DNA of 62,247 bases, filler included. It is 5 parts of 5 records of this genome, joined end to end, with 100 filler letters (N's around TTAATTAATTAA, not from the genome) between each part and the next. Parts side by side here need not be neighbours in the genome. Positions count along the whole stretch, not along the records: positions 48,648 to 55,595 come from DRR378314_576; positions 55,696 to 62,247 come from DRR378314_591; 3 more parts are not named here. The stretch is one strand, 5' to 3'. This document shows positions 51,786 through 62,167 of the stretch, piece by piece. Numbering within the stretch: the stretch's first letter is position 1; each line of letters starts with the position of its first letter. A program made the translations under genes and the position numbers. The notes below the pieces were generated by a model, which was given only the letters and a program-made list of their open reading frames with translations, was not told where the DNA came from and made no database searches.

Positions 51786-54704
51786 ATGGTGCGCGCGGCG
51801 GCGGCGGCGCGCAGCAGCGCGGGGAGCGCTTCCGAGCGCGTCTCGATCGGACAGTTGCAAGGAAGATGTTTCAACTGTGGCGAATTAGGGCACTCGGCGC
51901 GCGTGTGTACGTCAAAGCCGCCACTAGTGCCGCCGGAAAGTGCGAAAGCTAGTTCTTTTGGCCTCGCGTCGGAGCGGCGCCCTACTGCGGGTACCTCCGT
52001 GGGCGCGCGCTTGCCAGCGGAACTTGCCGTATTCTTTCTCGAAATTTCAGCAACATCCCGGAATCCAGAGGAGTGTTATCTTACTGCGGTGGCCTGCGAG
52101 TGTCGCGTATTTCGCAACGGCGCTCTTGTGGTGGAGGGCAAGTTTACGCGCTCGGCCAGTTCGGAAGCGCAGTCTGACGAGCGCTCGCTGGCGCGCGGCC
52201 TGCTCGAGTTTTTGCGACGACACACGATGAGCGCAGGCCGATGCGGCGTCCTTTGCGCGCACGATGGAAGATGGTTCGTATTTCCTGCAGTATTTGCAGC
52301 GTTTCGCAGATCCGAGTGCGACATGCCTTGCGAGATTGTCGCGTCGGTCGACTCACGTCTCCTCCTCCGCGACGCCGAGGTCTTGCTCGGCGAGGAGGCG
52401 CTGTGCGCGCGTGACGCTCTGGAAGAGCTGTTCGGCGCGCTTTTCCCCGATGACCCGCTGCCAGCAGAGCAAACACCCACTCAACGTAATGCTTCAATGC
52501 TTGCACTTGTATGTAGTCACGAGATTGCGCGCGAGCACGTTGTTGCTGCAGTGTGGGAAGCCCTGCCCGCGTATCTGCGCTGCGCGCTTGCGCGCTCTGT
52601 GCACCCTCCAGCGCTCGGCACCGACCTGCAGATCGCTGCAGCGTGTGTGCACGGTGGGCGCAGCGAGCGCTGGGCTGAGCACGCGGTTTTGAAGCGGCGT
52701 ATTCGTGGAATCAATGCGTCCATTGCCGTCTTGCCACCGGCTGCAGATGATCGTGCTGGCTGGGAACTGCACGGCGATCTCCGGCCCGCAGGCGTGGGCT
52801 CGTTTGGCGGTGACTGCGGCGCAACGACGGGCGGCGACGCAGGCACGCCCCTTTCGTCTTTCATGGCTGTATGGGCACCCGTAGAAGACACCGTCATAGA
52901 GTCAACTAATTGGTTTGGCGCGCGGCAACGTGCGGTTTCTCTTATTGGCGCATTCGCGCGCTGGGTCACCGCACGGAACCGTCAAAGTGGCGACACGGCA
53001 GTGACGCCCAGCGATCGTGCGAAGGGCGCCGAGTTTCGGCGTGCAGCCTCCGCCGCTGAATCCGCTGTCCGTGCCGCCTCTGACCCATCGACTTCGCGCG
53101 CTCCTTGCGTGGCCAAATTTGCCATACCCAGCGGTTGGCAGCGGTGGGAACCGCTTACGCGGCAGGAGCTGCGCAGGTACGTTGGTATTTGTATAGCGGC
53201 CTGTGCGACCGGCAGGCAGAACGACTCCGCTTCGGAGTGGTGGTCGAAAGACCCTGTCGGCAGCTGGGCACTGGCTCGATCAGCAATGTCGCTGGAGCGC
53301 TTCACGGAAATCGCAAGCGCTTTTAGCGTCGTCGACGGTCCTGTATGGGACTCGTTTGTGGAGAAGGCGTCCAAGGTCGCCGTGTGCTCTCCTGCGAGTG
53401 TGGCCTGCGCGTCGGCGCTCGACCCGGTCGCTTCCGTTCGGCCATTTTGCGAGCTGCTCTTTTCGTCCTTCAACAAGTGTTTTCAGCCATTTGATCGACT
53501 GTGTGTGACGACGGCTGCAGTTTCGCTCGGCGGGATAGTGCAAGCGGCCGCACAGGGTGCAGACGCAGGGCGCGTGGCTGCGAACGGGTCGGGCATGTGC
53601 GCTGAGCCGCTTGATCCTTCGTCCTCGGCACTGCGCGCGGCCGTTGTAATTGATACCTCTACCGGATACACTATGAATATGTCGCTTTTCGGCGGCAGCG
53701 TGCTGTCGGATCCCTTCTACGGCGTTCGTTCGGGCGACTATCGCGCAGACGTGGCGCTCGGGCTCGCAGGCGCCGCCGCTGCGCGGGCGCTCGATCCGTT
53801 CCTCGATCGTCACCGCACAGTGTTCACAGATCCAGAGTTCACCTCTACCGCCCTATATGACGTGCTTCGATCTCGACGAACGTTTGCGACAGGCTTGGCG
53901 GATGTGGTACGATCAGGGCTCCCTCGTGCACTTCACGAGCGGTCTGTTCTGTCGTCGGCGCCGCGCGGCGGAATGCGGCGCGCTGTTCGCGGTGAGCTGG
54001 CTGCCCTTGTCTGGCGTGGGCGCGACTTTATCCATGTTCTCACCTCTGCCTCGGACACAACAAAAATGGTGACCACGCAAGAGCACCATTACAATGGAGA
54101 CCATGTGCCGTATGCAAAGCCAGAGGCGATTGAGGAGCTTGATCGGAACAGTATTGTGGCGCCACCGATTCTTGCGAGCGCTGCGAAAAGCGCCGCTGCC
54201 GCGCAGGTGCGCGCCGGTGCAGGATGGTGGACACCGCTCGCGTTTTGGCTGATTGATATCGCTGTGCAGAATGCGGCGGTTCTTTGGGGTCTTGACGGCG
54301 GTCGCGAGCTTTCGCATCGAGAGTTCCGGCTGCAGCTTGCGCTTGCGCTTGCGCGCGACTCTGGCGCATCGCGCGCGACGCGAGTAAAAAATCATGTGGC
54401 GCCGCTGAGCTCACCTTCGGAGCACCGCCTGGTCCATATCGGTCCAAAAGAGCGTCACGGGAGCACCGAGCGACGTCCGAGTCTCCGCTGCTTTGTGTGC
54501 TCGCAGTCGCGCGACGCGGAGCGCCGGACAGTGTACCAATGTGCCGTCTGCAAGGTGCCGCTATGCGATCCGAGCAAGAAACGCGACTGCTTCCACGTCT
54601 TTCATTCGGACCTCGGCCACTGGTACAGCGAGGCGACGACAAAGCGCCGGCGGACGCGAAAAGCGAGCTGTGCGCACGAGACCTCGGTCATCGACTTTGC
54701 TTGA
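51786..54704 (+). CDS. PiggyBac-transposase-derived (PGBD-like) protein fused to a CCHC zinc knuckle and a degenerate DEDDh-exonuclease-like domain
   Basis: Intronless ~972 aa ORF. CFNCGELGHSARVC (51867-51908); exonuclease-like block at about 52026-52530; piggyBac core motifs (PLTRQELRRYVG, WWSKD, MSLERF, VRP, DTSTGY, VFTDPEFTS, FATG, LVWRG, KPEAI, WWTPLAFWLIDIAVQNA, EFRLQLA); C-terminal CxxC...CxxC...LC...CF..FH (54489-54605). Confidence 0.85.
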   Translation: MVRAAAAARSSAGSASERVSIGQLQGRCFNCGELGHSARVCTSKPPLVPPESAKASSFGLASERRPTAGTSVGARLPAELAVFFLEISATSRNPEECYLTAVACECRVFRNGALVVEGKFTRSASSEAQSDERSLARGLLEFLRRHTMSAGRCGVLCAHDGRWFVFPAVFAAFRRSECDMPCEIVASVDSRLLLRDAEVLLGEEALCARDALEELFGALFPDDPLPAEQTPTQRNASMLALVCSHEIAREHVVAAVWEALPAYLRCALARSVHPPALGTDLQIAAACVHGGRSERWAEHAVLKRRIRGINASIAVLPPAADDRAGWELHGDLRPAGVGSFGGDCGATTGGDAGTPLSSFMAVWAPVEDTVIESTNWFGARQRAVSLIGAFARWVTARNRQSGDTAVTPSDRAKGAEFRRAASAAESAVRAASDPSTSRAPCVAKFAIPSGWQRWEPLTRQELRRYVGICIAACATGRQNDSASEWWSKDPVGSWALARSAMSLERFTEIASAFSVVDGPVWDSFVEKASKVAVCSPASVACASALDPVASVRPFCELLFSSFNKCFQPFDRLCVTTAAVSLGGIVQAAAQGADAGRVAANGSGMCAEPLDPSSSALRAAVVIDTSTGYTMNMSLFGGSVLSDPFYGVRSGDYRADVALGLAGAAAARALDPFLDRHRTVFTDPEFTSTALYDVLRSRRTFATGLADVVRSGLPRALHERSVLSSAPRGGMRRAVRGELAALVWRGRDFIHVLTSASDTTKMVTTQEHHYNGDHVPYAKPEAIEELDRNSIVAPPILASAAKSAAAAQVRAGAGWWTPLAFWLIDIAVQNAAVLWGLDGGRELSHREFRLQLALALARDSGASRATRVKNHVAPLSSPSEHRLVHIGPKERHGSTERRPSLRCFVCSQSRDAERRTVYQCAVCKVPLCDPSKKRDCFHVFHSDLGHWYSEATTKRRRTRKASCAHETSVIDFA

Positions 54705-55595
54705 GTTTGGCGCATCTCCGCGCAGGTGGCGGGAGTGCGCGTGCTGCGCTGCGGGAAGAGAGTTCGCGGTGTGCCTTCCCTTGCGTTGCCGCTGTGGGTC
54801 GCCGACGGACTGCGTGCGTACTCGTGCAGGAAATATGTCTTTTTTCAATGTTTGTGCATTGGTTGCTGCTAATGCAGTAGCTTGGTTTCTCCTCTGGGCT
54901 CTTTTTACTCCACTGGCATTGTAATCGGCGGCCGACCGCGAGCTTGATGGAACTGGGCGTCCTGGCAGGCTGGGACGCGCGCGCCGAGAGAAAGTGTGGT
55001 TGGCGAGTGCGTTTAGCTGCGGGAAATAAAGAAGAGGAAAACCTTGGAAATATGCGCGCGTTCCCGCGTTATTTTCCAGTTGCTTATCTTACATCCCCAA
55101 TATTCCGCAATGCTCTTGCCTCAACTCCGAGAGTGTGACGATCACGTAGCGGTCGCCGCTGTACAGTGCGCGGGCTGGGGGTAGGCGGCAGCTGGTGGCT
55201 GGTTATCGTTCAGCACATATACTGTATAAGAGATTGAAGAAAAAGACCCGCTCTCGAAAAGGGTTGAACCTTTGTTTTGCCGCGAACCCCGCGAACTTCC
55301 TGAACAGCGCAGCGGCGTCGGTATATGGTCCTGAATCGCTCCGCCTGCAGCCTGACGCCGGCCGAAAGCAGGGGGATCAGGGGACTTGCCTATTGACGGA
55401 CCGTTTCGCTTGCTTTTGTGTACGAAAAGCTTGCTGTGGCCGCCAATTTGGCGAATCTGGTACCATGTTGTTTGTCTTTGTGGTGGACTCGTCTCCGCTC
55501 ATGCTGCAGTCGCAGCGAAAGAGTACGTTTGCGCTATGTCCCGTGTCCTCGCTCTGCGAAGCATCGCGTGTTGGTGTTTCCGTTCTGATTCCAAT

Positions 55596-55695
55596 NNNNN
55601 NNNNNNNNNNNNNNNNNNNNNNNNNNNNNNNNNNNNNNNTTAATTAATTAANNNNNNNNNNNNNNNNNNNNNNNNNNNNNNNNNNNNNNNNNNNN
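55596..55695. other. Artificial contig linker 4
   Basis: 44 N + TTAATTAATTAA + 44 N. Confidence 0.98.
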
Positions 55696-58585
55696 CGGTC
55701 GGGATCTTGCGCGTGACAATCGCCTCTGCGTACCGCTGCGCGAGCTCGGTGGCGACGCGCTGGACGGCTTTCCGGAAGAATACCGGCGAGACCATCGCGG
55801 CGATGTCGCTGCAGTAGTCGGCGATCGTGGCGGCGATGTTGGCGGCGTGTGTGCCGTGGAGCCACGCCTCGGAGGCTATTTCCGCGAGCAGCGGCGCCAG
55901 ATCGCCAAACACCATGGTGCTGAGCGCGGTGAGTGTGCTGCGAGCGAGCTCCATAAACGCGTCGGCGGCCGGTTTCATCGACACGGCGGCGCGGAAGTTG
56001 CCGTCGTCGATGGATTGCATGACGCGCGACTCAAAGTCATCCACGAGCTCAATGCACCGCGCGCAGTTACTCAGTACCGCGCATACGTACTCAAATGATT
56101 TACCCGGTTGGCTCCGCGCCAGAGCGGTATTCCAGTCCCTTGCAAACGATTCGAGCGCACTCGCGCATGCGGACGCAACGGCATAGGTGAAGCGGTCGAG
56201 ACGGACGTCGACAGCGACCTCCATCTGCTGCGTCACCATCTTGAACGCTTCGACAGGGGCAAATGTGTACAGCATACCCGCATCAGATCGCTCGTAGGAC
56301 CCCTTGACATCCTCCTCAATAATACTCCGGCTCCATCGGTTCATCATACCGGCGATGGCGTCACAGTAGAGGCGCAGGGCGTTGTCGAGGTGTGTCTCGG
56401 CGTGCGGCTGCGGCTGCTCGAGGCCGAGCGAGGTCAGCTGCGGACGGTACGCGCGGATCCACTTCACAGCACGCAGCGCGTCTTTTGCCTCCAATGATCC
56501 GCGGTCCACCACCACCGAGAGCCACTGCATCGCATGGGTGTGGTACTCGCTGAGGAACAGGTCTACAATCCCGTACGATGGAGGGAAGCACGGGCGTACT
56601 TGGTCGCACACGATCGTGAGCTCGTCCACGGAGCGCTCGAGCACGGACATGATCTCTCCCGGGTCGCCATTCGCCGCGGCGATGTCTTCTTCAAACGACT
56701 GCGCAATGCCGCGCTGGACTTCCCGCAGTGCTCGCATACGGTAGCGTTTTGGTACAGCTGTGCTTCCTAGCGTTGCGCGTCGTGCATCGGCGCTCTCTTC
56801 ACGCTCAATCACGCGGCATGCTGCTACGAGAGTTGCGGGCTCCGCCTGCGCGTGTGCGAGGCTCGTGCGGACAACGAGGAAGAGCTTCTCCTCCAGTAGC
56901 TGCACAAGATCGTCCACGGGGCGGAAGTGGCTCTGTAGCGTCTCAATATCTTCAGCGTGTAGGTGCCCCTGTCGCAGTGCGGCGTCACGCCGCTCCTCTA
57001 GCGCTTGGATTCGCGTGTGTGCGCGTAGCAGGTTTGCGCTCTGCGCCAGAAGCGTCCGGATCTCACTCGCCTCGTTTGGAATCCCGAGGATACTCTCCAG
57101 CTCGCCGAGCGTCGCCGTAATATTCTGACGCGCTATATTCACCTTTACAACCATGGGGAAGAGCGAGAACGAGAGAGAGAGAAAGAGAGAATGAGAGTGA
57201 GAGTGAGAGAGGAGGGGAGTAAGGGGCGGAAAAGTGGATAAGTGAAGGGGCAGCGACTACAGTCCCAAAGCAAGCGGGATAGGAAACGGAATGCGATGTC
57301 GCGGGCGTGCGATGAGCGGCGCGACAACGATGCGATGGCCGTTCGTAGGCAGAGGTATCCTATGAGTCCTTCCTCACATACTGTGTGCGGAGTAGCGCGT
57401 ACGCTCGCGGGAACTGGAGAGGGAGCGTGTCGCGTCCAGTGGAGTCCACGAAGGGGGAAAGCACACGCCACCATCGCGCGAGAGGGAGCTCGAGGGAATG
57501 AGGGAAGGAATATGCTGTCCTGGGCCCACCTCGCGAATAACATCAAAGTTATCGATTGCTAGCGAGGAGGTCTCGCATAGTTTCTCGATATCCACGAGGT
57601 CTGTCCGCACAGACTCGATGAGGTCGAACGAGGAACGTAGAAGCGACAGTCCCTCTGTGGCTTGCTCGACCTGCACGCGAGAACACCGGCCAAGCACGCA
57701 GCCGTTCACCGTCAATCGGAGGGTCACCACGGCAATACCACGCGGATTGGCACACCGAAGTAGACGATAGGAGCACGGGGAATGACTGCGACGTAGGAGC
57801 GCAGGGCTACCCGGGGAGCTTTTCCGTGCTGCGCCGCAAACGAAACGTAGAGCGAGTGAGCTCCAGAACACACAAACAGGCGAACCAGCAAGCAAATAGA
57901 CGAAGCCGAAACAAGAAGGTTGCGACACAACGACTCGCCTCCATTTCCCCCTTGCTGCACATCCTTTCGCTTTCTGTACCATTCTGTGCAATTTCACAGC
58001 ATTGATTCGCACCTGGCTCTGCACAATATGCGCGAGTTGCGTCTGTACCGCGTGCAGCTGCCGCTCGTACCGATCCCGCAGCGACGGAACGCGGTCGAGC
58101 TGTTCCGCGGAGGCCAGCAGGCGCGATACCTACCGATCAACGGCGAGTACCAAGGACAAGCACACATTCCGCAAGTACACATGCACAGTAGTATTAATAC
58201 GCACATTCAGCATCGTCAGCTCCGCATGGATATACGACTGTGCGTTTCGCGGCAGTACAGTGGCGCAGACGCGGGCAGCGTGGCGCGGAGAGGCGCGCCG
58301 CAGTGCGCAACACAGCGCGAGGCGACGACAGGCAGCTCGCTTCACCTCACCGTCCGTAAAGAGAACCAAATGCGGTTCCTTGCGAAGCACATAGCTAAGC
58401 AAATAACTCACACGAACACGCTCTCTTTCAGTTCAACGGCTTCCAATTGAAGGCACGACGTGTGACTGTGAGTGACTGGCACAGTGGGGCGCAAGCGTTT
58501 GCGCGCCGGGTGCCCGGGACGCGCCTGTACATACCTCTGCGGCTGCTTCTTCACGCGCCTCGATCGCAGCGGAAGCGTATTCCAT
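55696..58585 (-). CDS. SEC6: Exocyst complex component Sec6/EXOC3 (spliced, 3'-truncated)
   Basis: Phase-0 exons 58585-58535, 58129-58013, 57670-57530, 57142-55696: AAAEVSRLL..EQLDRV, QVEQATEGL, LVAACRVIEREE, V.PCFPPSYGI...F..EYH, ATIADY. Confidence 0.88.
57160..57212 (+). repeat. Imperfect (GA)n microsatellite forming the intronic polypyrimidine tract of Sec6
   Basis: GAGAGAGAGAGAAAGAGAGAATGAGAGTGAGAGTGAGAGA lying just upstream (minus strand) of the acceptor at 57143-57144. Confidence 0.75.
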
Positions 58586-59082
58586 GGTGATGCAGCGAAG
58601 TGCTCAAGATGATCAAGTGTCCTTTCACTCTGCGGCGCGAAGGGCAGCGCTGTTGAGCGCCCACGTAGCGGATCAGGTCAGCGTGGCGCGGCGCGCGAGC
58701 GGCGTCTATTCGCGATAGAGCGCGCCGGCGCCATACGCAGGGAGAGATGCGACTGCTTGAGGACGACTGGAAATCAACCCTACATAATTGTTATGGATAT
58801 GTAGTGGAACAGACTATGCGAATACCAAGGGAGGAATGATATCACGCAACGTAAATGATCATTAACGCAATCAAATTTTGAATTGATTAATTGCACTTGT
58901 ACGAACGAGGCCGCTTCCACCTGAACTTGGTGCTCCCCAGCGCTGCCCGGCGCGCTTGCCGTCCGCCGTCGCGCCTTTGTGCCGCTTTCCCTGCAAACGA
59001 CACGCTCCGTGCCACTTTGCAGCCAAGGCACAGCCCAGAGTAGCCCAGGCCTGCAAACTTCCGAAGCACCCAGCGCAATACG

Positions 59083-62080
59083 ATGGCGAGCCAGTGGGGA
59101 GAGTACCTCGACGAATCCACGGGGTGCACCTATTACTTCAATAGCGTGACGGGCGAGTCAACATGGGAGCGTCCACCGGCGTACGTTACGCCGTCGCGTG
59201 CTGCGCGCCCGCCGCGCCGTTCCAGGAACGCACCAACGTGCTTCGCCCTATCGCCCGCAGTGCACCGGTTTCGTTCCCGATACGTATTGTGCAAAAACAG
59301 AGTATTCATGTTTGGCTTTCTCTTGGTAATGCCTATGCGAAGCGGGTGCCATGGTATTCCTATCGGCTGACACCGCCGCGTGTTGCGGGTGTGCTGCTCT
59401 CTTCCTCGCTTACGCTGGGCTGGGCTGGGCTGGGCTGTGCGGTGCAGCATGGCGCAGGCGCCGCAGCGGCAACGGAAGAACTTCGGCCAAGCGGTGGCCG
59501 CCTCTGGATCGTCGCTCGCTCCGGAATCAGCGCAGACCGACTCGAGGCTGGAAAAACGATCCCTTCTACGTGCACAAGGAGTACAAGGACGGTACGCGCG
59601 TGCGGCATGTACACACCGTGCTATGTGCAGCTTACGAGCACGAGTGCGGGAGGGGAGAGTGCGGCGGTTCCGCAGGGAAGCCAACCGAACGCAGGCACCG
59701 GCGAAGGCGCGACGCGCCTCTACGGGCCTCGGTCAATCATATCGATATTGCATTGTGTTTGACTACCCACCGTCGGTCTTGCTTTTGCAGCGGCGGGTAA
59801 ACGCGCACACCCGCTGCGGGCGGGTATCGCGTGCAAGCTCCCGCGTGTGTGTCGCTCTTCGAATTTGTGGCCAATAGATGGTGGTCTATATACAAACGCT
59901 AATAATATGTTATGTGTATGTGTCTGCGTGGGGGTTTGATCTGTGGCGTAGGGAAATTTCTGAGGTGCAGGGCGTACGCAAAGAGCGTGTCGACATTGAC
60001 GAGCTGGTGAAGCAGGACGAAGCGCTCCGGCGTGCCAAGGTTTGTCTCGCTTCGTTGTGCCCGCGTCTCTAACCCTTTCTTCTACGCACGCATTGCTGCA
60101 CTTATTCCAGAATAAAATCTTATACGATAGGAAGCAAGAGTATAAATCATAGCTACTCTTAGTTTCGGTGCGGGTGTAGCAGAGAGGTTCGTGTGACGCG
60201 CGTCACTGTTGGCGCTTTTCAGCGCTCGCTTGCGCGTAAAGTGCGTCCTCAACGCGCTACGCCACCGCGGGTGCCTCTCACGTGCAGGAAGTGGAGTACG
60301 CAACGCGACCGTGGACGGAACGCTTGGCGGGATGGATCAAGCGGCGTCAAGATGAAGGAGAATTATCGAAACTTGTTGTTTTCTCTCTGTACATCATTAT
60401 CAATGTGATCCTCTACATTGAAGCTTCCGTGCGGCACGCAGAAGGCTCTGAGAACGTCGACGTCCCGTTCAAGAACACCAAGGTGCGGCGCCGCGTTGAC
60501 CTCGGTGCGCCCGCTGGACGCGCAAAGACCGAAATGAAATCCGTGGTGCACACACAGTCTGCACATCGCTGCACGATGTTGTTGCTTAGACGCTGCAAAT
60601 TCGGTTGCGGGATACTGAAGCGCCTGACCGCTGCGGTGTCTCCGTGTCGCACTGCGCAGGTGTCGCTCAGCGGGTTCTTCCCCGTAGCGAAAGGGTTCGG
60701 CCAGCTCCTCAACTTCAACTGCGCGTTCCTGCTCGTTCCCGTGTCGCGCGGTCTCGTGCGGCGACTGCACGACATTACCTTTTTTTCAAAGACCCTTCCT
60801 CTCGGTAAAAACATCCAAATGCACAAGTACATCGCGCGATTTGTGTTCTTTGCTTCGTGTGTACACGGCGTGTGTCACTACTTCAACTGGGCGACGTCGT
60901 CGATGCAGGAGTTCTCCGGCGCTGGGCCGTACAAGAACTCGTGGGAGCTTCCCAAAGGCCTCACTGGTACGCATTGCACGCATACACGCACGCGGTATCC
61001 TGCACGAAAGAACGAGTGCGAGAGCGAGCGTGAGGGAGTGCGAGGGAAGCGTGGATGGCAGCTACGGTGCTGGTGGCCACCCGTACGCAAGCGTGCGAAC
61101 AAGAGGTGGTTTTTGGTTGTACTTTCCGCGCTACTTCCTCCCTCCGCAGCCAGCGCTCTTTCCCCGTACGGTGTCGATTTGTGGCGAGCGGGCAGCGCTG
61201 AGCGCTCGAAGGCTGCTGGCTGCGCAAGGTGGACCGCAGATTGCACGCGTTGCGCTGCTCTATCACGCAGCACGCACCGCATTGCCGTCGCGCATCACGC
61301 ACGTTGTAACGCGTGTGCGAGTATCGTGTGCTCTCGAAGCGCCTCACACGCTTCGTCGCGCCGCGCGCTCGCGCCTCGTGCCCGCCGGTACCAGGGAACA
61401 TCCTCATGATCGTCATGCTCATCATGTACAACGCGGCGCACGATCCGGTGAAGCGTAGCAACTTTGAGATGTTTTGGTATTCCCACCATTTCTTCATCTT
61501 GTTCTACGCGCTGCTCTTTTACCACGGAAGCGTGTTCTGGAAGGTGCGATGCGCGCGCGCGACCCCTCTGTTCGATCACTTCATTGTCTCTGTGCTTTCA
61601 TGGCCTGGTCATTGGTACGCGCATTGACTCCTTTGTTCGGGCCCTCGGTGCGCTGCGTGTGCAGTGGGCGATTGCGCCGGTGATTATCTACACGCTCGAG
61701 CGCGTTGGTCGCGAGTTCTTCCCGCACCGTCTTCGCGTTGCCGAGTTTTCGCACGAACCGCCGAACATTCTCCACGTTGAGCTCGAGGGAATGCCGAGCT
61801 ACCGCGCAGGGCAGTACCTCTTCGTCAACTGCCCCGAGATCGCGCGCTTCGAGTGGCACCCGTTCACCATCTCCAGTGCGCCGGAAGACGAGACGACCTC
61901 GATGCATATGATGATGTTCCACAAGGGATCGTGGACGCGGACGCTCCTCGAGAAGCTCAGCGCGAACGAGACCACAACACTGCGCATCGACGGCCCGCAC
62001 GGAGCACCGTCGCAGCACGTGTGGGACTACAACACCACCGTACTCGTGGGAGCGGGTATCGGAGCAACACCGTTTGCCAG
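59083..62080 (+). CDS. NADPH oxidase (NOX/gp91phox-like), apparently with an N-terminal WW domain (spliced, 3'-truncated)
   Basis: Core exons 60288-60482, 60660-60966, 61395-61543, 61665-62080: heme His pairs H-x13-H (MHK...VHG) and H-x12-H (SHH...YHG), TM4 TG, R.SNFEMFWYSHH, GQY, EWHPFT, DGPHG, GAGIGATPF. Upstream exons 59083-59180 (WW: WGEYLDESTGCTYYFNSVTGESTWERP), 59448-59493 (tentative), 59631-59731, 59952-60039. Confidence 0.85.
59415..59437 (+). repeat. (CTGGG)4 short tandem repeat in a NOX intron
   Basis: CTGGGCTGGGCTGGGCTGGGCTG seen directly. Confidence 0.8.
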
Positions 62081-62167
62081 GTACGAGGCGCGCGTGCAGA
62101 ATGTGCCCGAGTACTCGGTTACTCCGGCAGGCGGGAGGTGATGTGTTCTGCCGCTTCGCCGTTCCGC

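Noticed and set aside
51650-55270. CTAACCCT ... AGGGTTGA as piggyBac terminal inverted repeats
   Set aside because: Only 4 nt are complementary and neither flank is TTAA, so this is compatible with chance.
54705-55595. Short ORFs downstream of the piggyBac-derived gene
   Set aside because: No motifs or convincing exon chain; cannot be supported from sequence alone.
55596-55695. TTAA-containing sequences flanking the contig with the piggyBac-like gene as possible target-site duplications
   Set aside because: They belong to the synthetic TTAATTAATTAA linker present identically at all four joins.
60282-61409. 375-aa ORF as a standalone protein
   Set aside because: It is read-through of two NOX exons and their introns; GT-AG boundaries restore the NOX motifs.
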